The notes under the pieces are model-generated. The model made no database searches and was not told the origin of the DNA. It saw only the letters and a list, made by a program, of their open reading frames with translations. This document shows, one piece after another, positions 58,740 through 64,000 of a stretch of DNA of 64,000 nucleotides (the first letter of the stretch is position 1; the number at the start of each line of letters is the position of its first letter). Source of the stretch: Candidatus Spongiisociaceae bacterium (GTDB lineage: Bacteria; Actinomycetota; Acidimicrobiia; Spongiisociales; Spongiisociaceae); contig CBDCOH010000002.1 in NCBI GenBank assembly GCA_965219685.1, forward strand, positions 320,001 through 384,000. Reading direction: 5' to 3'. Made by a program: the position numbers and the translations under genes.

Positions 58740-60272
58740 GTGGATATGAGCCTGCTCGTAGTAGGAGCCCTCGGGCTCGTCGCCATAGGATCCTCGATGT
58801 CCGTCCTGGTCATGCAGGGCCGCTACCGAAGGAAGGTTCTCGCTCCGCAGGAAGAGAAGATGGGCGCCGCACGCCGGGAGGCACAGCGGATTCTGAACCG
58901 GGCGGAGCGTGAGGGACGCGCCCGCGCCGAGGCCTACAGGGAGCGCGAGGAGGCACAGCTCGATCATCGGCGGGTGGAGAGCGCAGCTGCCGAGGGACGT
59001 CTCATCCAGCGGGAGAAGACCCTCGAGCAGAGGGCCTCCAACCTTGCCCAGCGGGAGCAGATGCTTCTCCATAGGGAAGCGGAGGTCTCCGAACTTCGGA
59101 CCGAGGTGGAAATGCTGGCGGAGGACGCCCGTACCAACCTCGAACGGATCGGTTCCCTCGATGCCAGGGCCGCCAAGGAGGAACTGGTCAACCGCGTGCG
59201 TGACGAGGCCCGCAGGGAAGCGATGCTGCTCGTCCGTGACAGTGAGATGCGAGCCCGGGAGGAGGCGGACCGCCGGGCCCGGCGCATCCTTGCCACGGCG
59301 ATCGAGCGACTGTCCAGCGAGGTTGTTGCGGAGACGACAGTGTCCGCGGTGCAACTACCACGCGAGGAGATGAAGGGGCGGATCATCGGTCGGGAGGGCC
59401 GCAACATCCGGGCTTTCGAGGCGGTGACCGGGGTCAACCTGGTTGTGGACGAGACTCCGGAGATGGTGGTGGTGGCGTCTTTCGACCCGGTCCGTAGGGA
59501 GGTCGCCCGCGTCACCCTTGAGAAGCTGGTCGCCGACGGTCGGATCCATCCGGCCGCAATCGAGGAGTTCTACGCGAAGGCGCAGGCCGAGGTGGACCAG
59601 TCGGTTCGGGATGCGGGCGAGTGGGCGATGCTGGACGTGGGCATGTCCAGGATGCATCCCGAGTTGATTACGCTTCTGGGACGGCTGAAGTACCGTACTT
59701 CCTACGGCCAGAACGTGCTCAACCACTTGGTGGAGTCGGCCCACATCGCCGGAATGCTGAGTGCTGAGCTCGGTGTGGACCCGGCGCCCGTGAAACGCTC
59801 GGCTTTCCTCCACGACATCGGCAAGGCCGTGACTCACCATGTCGAGGGGGCGCACGCGCTGATCGGAGCGGAGATCGCCCGACGATTCGGGGAGGAGGCG
59901 GCGGTCGTCCACGGGATCGAAGCCCACCACAACGATGTCGAGCCCCGCACGCTCCTCTCGATAATCGTCCAGGCCGCCGACACCGTGTCGGCAGCCCGTC
60001 CGGGAGCGCGCCGGGAGGCTCTGGAGTCGTACACGAAACGCCTCGCCCAGATGGAGGAGATGATCAGGGCGTTCGACGGGGTCGAGCGTGTGTTCGCGAT
60101 GCAAGCGGGCCGGGAGGTCCGGGTGGTGGTCGATCCCCGTACGGTCGACGACCTCGAGGCCGCCCATCTGGTGAGGTCCATCTCCCGCAGGCTGGAGGAG
60201 GACCTGCGTTACTCGGGACAGATCGAAGTCACGGTGATTCGCGAGCTGCGTGTCACCGACTACGCCCGCTGA
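58740..60272 (+). CDS. rny: Ribonuclease Y
   Basis: N-terminal TM and coiled coil, KH domain (KGRIIGREGRNIR), HD domain (LHDIGK) and QAGRE.R. Confidence 0.96.
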   Translation: MDMSLLVVGALGLVAIGSSMSVLVMQGRYRRKVLAPQEEKMGAARREAQRILNRAEREGRARAEAYREREEAQLDHRRVESAAAEGRLIQREKTLEQRASNLAQREQMLLHREAEVSELRTEVEMLAEDARTNLERIGSLDARAAKEELVNRVRDEARREAMLLVRDSEMRAREEADRRARRILATAIERLSSEVVAETTVSAVQLPREEMKGRIIGREGRNIRAFEAVTGVNLVVDETPEMVVVASFDPVRREVARVTLEKLVADGRIHPAAIEEFYAKAQAEVDQSVRDAGEWAMLDVGMSRMHPELITLLGRLKYRTSYGQNVLNHLVESAHIAGMLSAELGVDPAPVKRSAFLHDIGKAVTHHVEGAHALIGAEIARRFGEEAAVVHGIEAHHNDVEPRTLLSIIVQAADTVSAARPGARREALESYTKRLAQMEEMIRAFDGVERVFAMQAGREVRVVVDPRTVDDLEAAHLVRSISRRLEEDLRYSGQIEVTVIRELRVTDYAR

Positions 60273-60287
60273 CAGGGGTCGGCTCTG

Positions 60288-61676
60288 ATGGCAGGGACCG
60301 TTATGCTTCCAGTTCCCACCCGGCGGTCCGCGGAGACCAGGCCGCCCACCCGGATCGGCCGGACCTACTTCCTCCGCACGTTCGGCTGCCAGATGAACGA
60401 GCATGACAGCGAGCGGATCGCCGGTCTGTTCGAGGCGGACGGGATGGTCAGGGCGGACCGCATGGAAGATGCGGATGTCGTGTTCGTCAACACCTGCACG
60501 ATCCGGCAGAACGCCGACAACCGGTTGTACGGCAACCTGGGCCAGTTGAAACGACTCAAGGACACGCGCACCGGCCGGCTGCTGGTGGTGGGCGGGTGCG
60601 CAGCCCAGAAGGACCGGGAACTTGTCAGGGAGCGGGCCCCCTGGGTGGATGTGGTCCTCGGCACCCACAACCTTCACCGTGTCGTGCATCTCCTGGACCA
60701 AGCCGAGGAGTGGGGCCCGGTCACCGAGATCGTCGACTCGCTCGCCGCGATGCCCTCCGACCTTCCTGTGCGCCGGGAATCGGCCCATTCAGCCTGGGTG
60801 ACCATCCAGATCGGATGTAACAACACCTGCACCTTCTGCATCGTCCCGGCCGTAAGGGGTCGCGAGATCAGTCGGCGCCCCGGCGACATAATCAGGGAGA
60901 TCGAGCAACTGGTGGCGGAGGGAGTCATCGAGGTGACCCTTCTGGGCCAGAACGTCGACACCTACGGACGCGATCTGGCTATCGACGGTCGCCGGCGCCC
61001 GATCTTCGGACATCTGCTGGCGAGGATCGGCCAAGTCGACGGTATCAAGCGGATCCGCTTCACCAGCCCCCATCCGAACGACTTCCGGCCGGACGTGGCC
61101 GAGGCGATGGCCCGCACCGAAGCGGTCTGCGAGCAGTTGCACTTCCCGTTGCAGTCGGGCTCGAACCGGATCCTTGCCGCAATGCACCGTGGTTACACGA
61201 CGGACAAGTTCCTCGGGCGCCTGGCTATGGCACGGGAGGTGATACCGGACCTGACGGTGTCCACGGATGTGATCGTCGGCTTTCCCGGGGAGACCGAGGA
61301 CGACTTCCGGATGACGCTCGAGATCGTGGAGAAGGCTCGCTTCGACCAGGCCTTCATGTTCATCTTCTCCCCACGGCCCGGCACGAGGGCGGCGGCGATG
61401 ACGGACCGGTTCGTGCCCGCTGAGGTGGCGCGCGAGCGGTTCGGGCGGCTCGTGAAGCTACAGAGGGGGATCAGCGCGGAGCAGAATCGGCGCCATCTCG
61501 GCACGACGATGGAAGTGCTGGTTGAGGGACCGTCCAAGAAGAACCCCCGGGTCGCGACGACCCGCACCCGAGGGAACAAGGTGGTCCATGTGGACGGTGA
61601 GTTCATCCCGGGCACGCTGATGGACGTGGTTATCGAGCAGACGGCCACCCATTATCTGGTCGGCACCCCCGCTTGA
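60288..61676 (+). CDS. miaB: tRNA-2-methylthio-N6-dimethylallyladenosine synthase
   Basis: TFGCQMN.HDSE, the radical SAM motif GCNNTCTFC, D.IVGFPGET and a TRAM domain. Confidence 0.97.
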   Translation: MAGTVMLPVPTRRSAETRPPTRIGRTYFLRTFGCQMNEHDSERIAGLFEADGMVRADRMEDADVVFVNTCTIRQNADNRLYGNLGQLKRLKDTRTGRLLVVGGCAAQKDRELVRERAPWVDVVLGTHNLHRVVHLLDQAEEWGPVTEIVDSLAAMPSDLPVRRESAHSAWVTIQIGCNNTCTFCIVPAVRGREISRRPGDIIREIEQLVAEGVIEVTLLGQNVDTYGRDLAIDGRRRPIFGHLLARIGQVDGIKRIRFTSPHPNDFRPDVAEAMARTEAVCEQLHFPLQSGSNRILAAMHRGYTTDKFLGRLAMAREVIPDLTVSTDVIVGFPGETEDDFRMTLEIVEKARFDQAFMFIFSPRPGTRAAAMTDRFVPAEVARERFGRLVKLQRGISAEQNRRHLGTTMEVLVEGPSKKNPRVATTRTRGNKVVHVDGEFIPGTLMDVVIEQTATHYLVGTPA

Positions 61677-62687
61677 GTGGGTGATCACCCGGTGCAGGGA
61701 GGTACGCAACCGGGTGGGAAACATCCCGACGGTATCGCGGTCCGAGTGCCCGGTCCGGGATCACCCGCCCCGGTCATGGCGGTGCTCGGTCCGACCGCGT
61801 CCGGGAAGACCGGGCTGGCGATGTGCCTGGCGAGGCACTGGGGCGCGGAAATACTGTCCGTAGACTCTATGCAGGTCTACCGGGGAATGGATATCGGTAC
61901 GGCCAAGGTGTCGATCGGCGAGCAGGCCGAGATACCGCACCACATGATCGATCTGGTCTCCCCGGAAGTCGACTACACGGTGGCTGATTTCCAGGAGGCG
62001 GGCCGGCGGGCGATAGGAGATGTCCTGTCGCGACACGTTCCTCTGATCATCGCGGGCGGATCCGGCCTGTACTTCCGGTCGCTGGTCGATCCACTCGAGT
62101 TCCCGCCCTTCGACCCTGGAGTTCGCGCCGCGGTCGAATCGATGGGGCACGAGGCTGCTCGCGCCGAATTGCTGGCAGCGGATCCGAGCGCCGGTGCGCA
62201 CGTCGAGTTGGACAACCTGCGACGTGTCCGGAGGGCGGTTGAGATACTGCGACTGGGTGCCGGCGGGCCTTCGGAACGAGCAGACCGACCGGCAGCCGTG
62301 CACGTTCGGAACTACATACCGGAGGTACCGTTCTCGGCTGTGGGGGTGGATCCGGGCGACAGGCTGGCGGATCGCGTTTTGGAACGTATCGACCGGATGA
62401 TCGACTCCGGACTGCTGGACGAGGTGGCCGGGCTGTCGGACCGGCTCGGTCGCAATGCGTCGCGGGCGGTGGGCTACCGCCAGATGATCCCGGTGGCGCG
62501 CGGAGATGTCGGCTTGGAACAGGGTAAGGCGGACACTTTCAAGGCGACGATGGCTCTGGCGAGGCGTCAACGGACCTACTTCGGAAGAGACCCTAGGATC
62601 CGATGGTTGGAGTGGAGCGAGGATCCGGACGTCCGGTGCAGGACCGCCCGGCAGGCCATCGAGGAGATGCAGCCTTGGAGTTCGTGA
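61677..62687 (+). CDS. miaA: tRNA dimethylallyltransferase
   Basis: GPTASGKT, DSMQVYRGMDIGTAK, GGSGLY and A.RQ.T.F. The true start is probably further downstream. Confidence 0.95.
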   Translation: MGDHPVQGGTQPGGKHPDGIAVRVPGPGSPAPVMAVLGPTASGKTGLAMCLARHWGAEILSVDSMQVYRGMDIGTAKVSIGEQAEIPHHMIDLVSPEVDYTVADFQEAGRRAIGDVLSRHVPLIIAGGSGLYFRSLVDPLEFPPFDPGVRAAVESMGHEAARAELLAADPSAGAHVELDNLRRVRRAVEILRLGAGGPSERADRPAAVHVRNYIPEVPFSAVGVDPGDRLADRVLERIDRMIDSGLLDEVAGLSDRLGRNASRAVGYRQMIPVARGDVGLEQGKADTFKATMALARRQRTYFGRDPRIRWLEWSEDPDVRCRTARQAIEEMQPWSS

Positions 62688-63439
62688 AAGTCGAAGGCTT
62701 GGGCAACGATTTCGTGCTGCTGGAGGGCAGGCCTCCGTCGCCGGCGCAGATCCGGCTCTGGTGCGACCGCCGTACCGGAATCGGTGCCGATGGCCTTCTG
62801 AGGGTTTCGAGGTCGGATCATCCAGAAGCTGTTGCCCGGATGGAGTACTGGAATTCCGACGGGTCGGTGGCCGGCATGTGTGGCAACGGTTTGCGTTGCG
62901 TGGCCCTGTACGTCTTCGAACGGGGGTGGACAGACCGGAGGTCCTTCGCCATCCGGACCGCCACCGGCCTGAACCGCGTCGAGGTGATGGAGAGCGGAGC
63001 CGTCAAGGTGGAACTCGGTCCCTACCGGGTCGGGCGGCAGTCGATCATGGAAGGCCTGCCCTTCACAGCGGTCGACGTCGGAAACCCGCACGCGGTGACC
63101 TTCGTCGGAACCGCTGTCGAACTAGAGGACGCTCCCCTCGCTCGGGTCGGATTGGCGCTACAAGACCATCCGCGCTTCCCCGAGGGAGTCAACGTCGAGT
63201 TCGCTGTGCCGACTAGGCACGGGCTACGGGTGAGGGTCTGGGAACGCGGCGCCGGCGCGACTCAAGCGTGCGGGACGGGCGCGGCGGCAGTGGCTGCGGT
63301 CGCTCACCACGAACGGGGGGGCGGCCCTGTCACTGAGGTCCAGTTACCGGGAGGTCGGCTCGGAGTGGAACTGATCGACGGCGTGGCCTGGATAACCGGG
63401 CCGGCCGTCCTGGTGTTCAGCGGAACAGTTCCCGACTGA
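62675..63439 (+). CDS. dapF: Diaminopimelate epimerase
   Basis: K..GLGNDF, GIGADG, MCGNG.RC, GNPH and ERGAG.T.ACGTG. TTG start after GAGGAG. Confidence 0.95.
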   Translation: MEFVKVEGLGNDFVLLEGRPPSPAQIRLWCDRRTGIGADGLLRVSRSDHPEAVARMEYWNSDGSVAGMCGNGLRCVALYVFERGWTDRRSFAIRTATGLNRVEVMESGAVKVELGPYRVGRQSIMEGLPFTAVDVGNPHAVTFVGTAVELEDAPLARVGLALQDHPRFPEGVNVEFAVPTRHGLRVRVWERGAGATQACGTGAAAVAAVAHHERGGGPVTEVQLPGGRLGVELIDGVAWITGPAVLVFSGTVPD

Positions 63440-64000
63440 GCCGGGATCGCCGGTCGGCGAGCCTCCGCAGGACTGTGACAACCCGTCCGAGTATCTCGAC
63501 CCCTGACGTGAACACGATCGGTTCGTAGGCAGGATTCTCCGCATGGAGGATCACCTTGTTCTGGCGCTTCTCCAGCCGCTTGACGGTCGCCTCCTCCCCT
63601 TCGACCAGACAGGCCACTATCTCGCCGTTCTCGGCGTCAGGTTGGCTGCGCACCACCACCATGTCGCCGTCGAGGATGCCCGCATCGATCATCGAGTCAC
63701 CACGCACCTCGAGCATGAACAGGGGTCCGGAGCCGACGAGGGACTCGGGAAGGGGCACCACTTCCTCGACGTGCTCCTCCGCAAGGATCGGCGTACCTGC
63801 TGCGATCCGTCCCACCAGTGGAACGTCACGGGTTTGCTCCGACCGTCCGGACGGGGCCGCCGGTGCCCGCTGCTGGCCGGTTCCGAGTACTTCGATGGCT
63901 CTTGGTTTGGAAGGATCGCGCCGGATGTGACCGGCTCGTTCCAAGGCGGTTAGGTGGCTGTGGACGGTTGCCGGGGAACTCAGGCCCAGGTGGTGGCCGA
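63417..64000 (-). CDS. lexA: SOS repressor LexA (N-terminus outside the window)
   Basis: LSSPATVHSHL..LE..G, VG.IAAG.PI cleavage site, GDSM and ATVK. Confidence 0.95.
   Translation of the reverse strand, partial: GHHLGLSSPATVHSHLTALERAGHIRRDPSKPRAIEVLGTGQQRAPAAPSGRSEQTRDVPLVGRIAAGTPILAEEHVEEVVPLPESLVGSGPLFMLEVRGDSMIDAGILDGDMVVVRSQPDAENGEIVACLVEGEEATVKRLEKRQNKVILHAENPAYEPIVFTSGVEILGRVVTVLRRLADRRSRLSRELFR

Noticed and set aside
63417-63439. Convergent 23-bp overlap of the lexA and dapF 3' ends
   Set aside because: Short convergent overlaps from stop-codon drift are common, and there is no sign of a special function.

Overview
A high-GC, gene-dense housekeeping region of an Actinomycetota chromosome, probably Acidimicrobiia. 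This is inferred from mIHF, a helicase-less PriA, a tRNA-less ITS, a 23S domain III insertion, a very short 16S V3 and RNase Y. The backbone follows the usual actinobacterial order: apt-rel, hisS-aspS-rarA, alaS-ruvX-mltG-aroE, aroC-aroKB-efp-nusB, pyrR-pyrBC-carAB-pyrD-pyrF-mihF-gmk-rpoZ-coaBC-metK-priA-def-fmt-rsmB-rpe-rib, infC-rpmI-rplT-pheST-argF-mpg-tyrS, one 16S-23S-5S operon, rny-miaB-miaA-dapF and a partial lexA. Small accessory inserts sit between these genes: MazEF, VapBC, an orphan antitoxin, an unknown gene pair and MaoC/LLM/PhyH genes. The most striking unexplained structure is a family of intergenic inserts bounded by polarised 7-bp tandem arrays. G/T-rich arrays start at or inside a host stop codon, and C/A-rich arrays end just before the next promoter. 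Three of these inserts carry tiny coiled-coil plus transmembrane genes. Two of the three also hold three ungapped copies of a 57-bp non-coding element. In the priA-def insert the outer arrays form a 27/30-bp terminal inverted repeat. Other points of interest are a RibD deaminase/degenerate reductase/GTP cyclohydrolase II fusion, a PhyH-family enzyme with a halogenase-type HxG motif and an expanded 23S helix 45. All calls come from reading the sequence by eye; no database searches were run.
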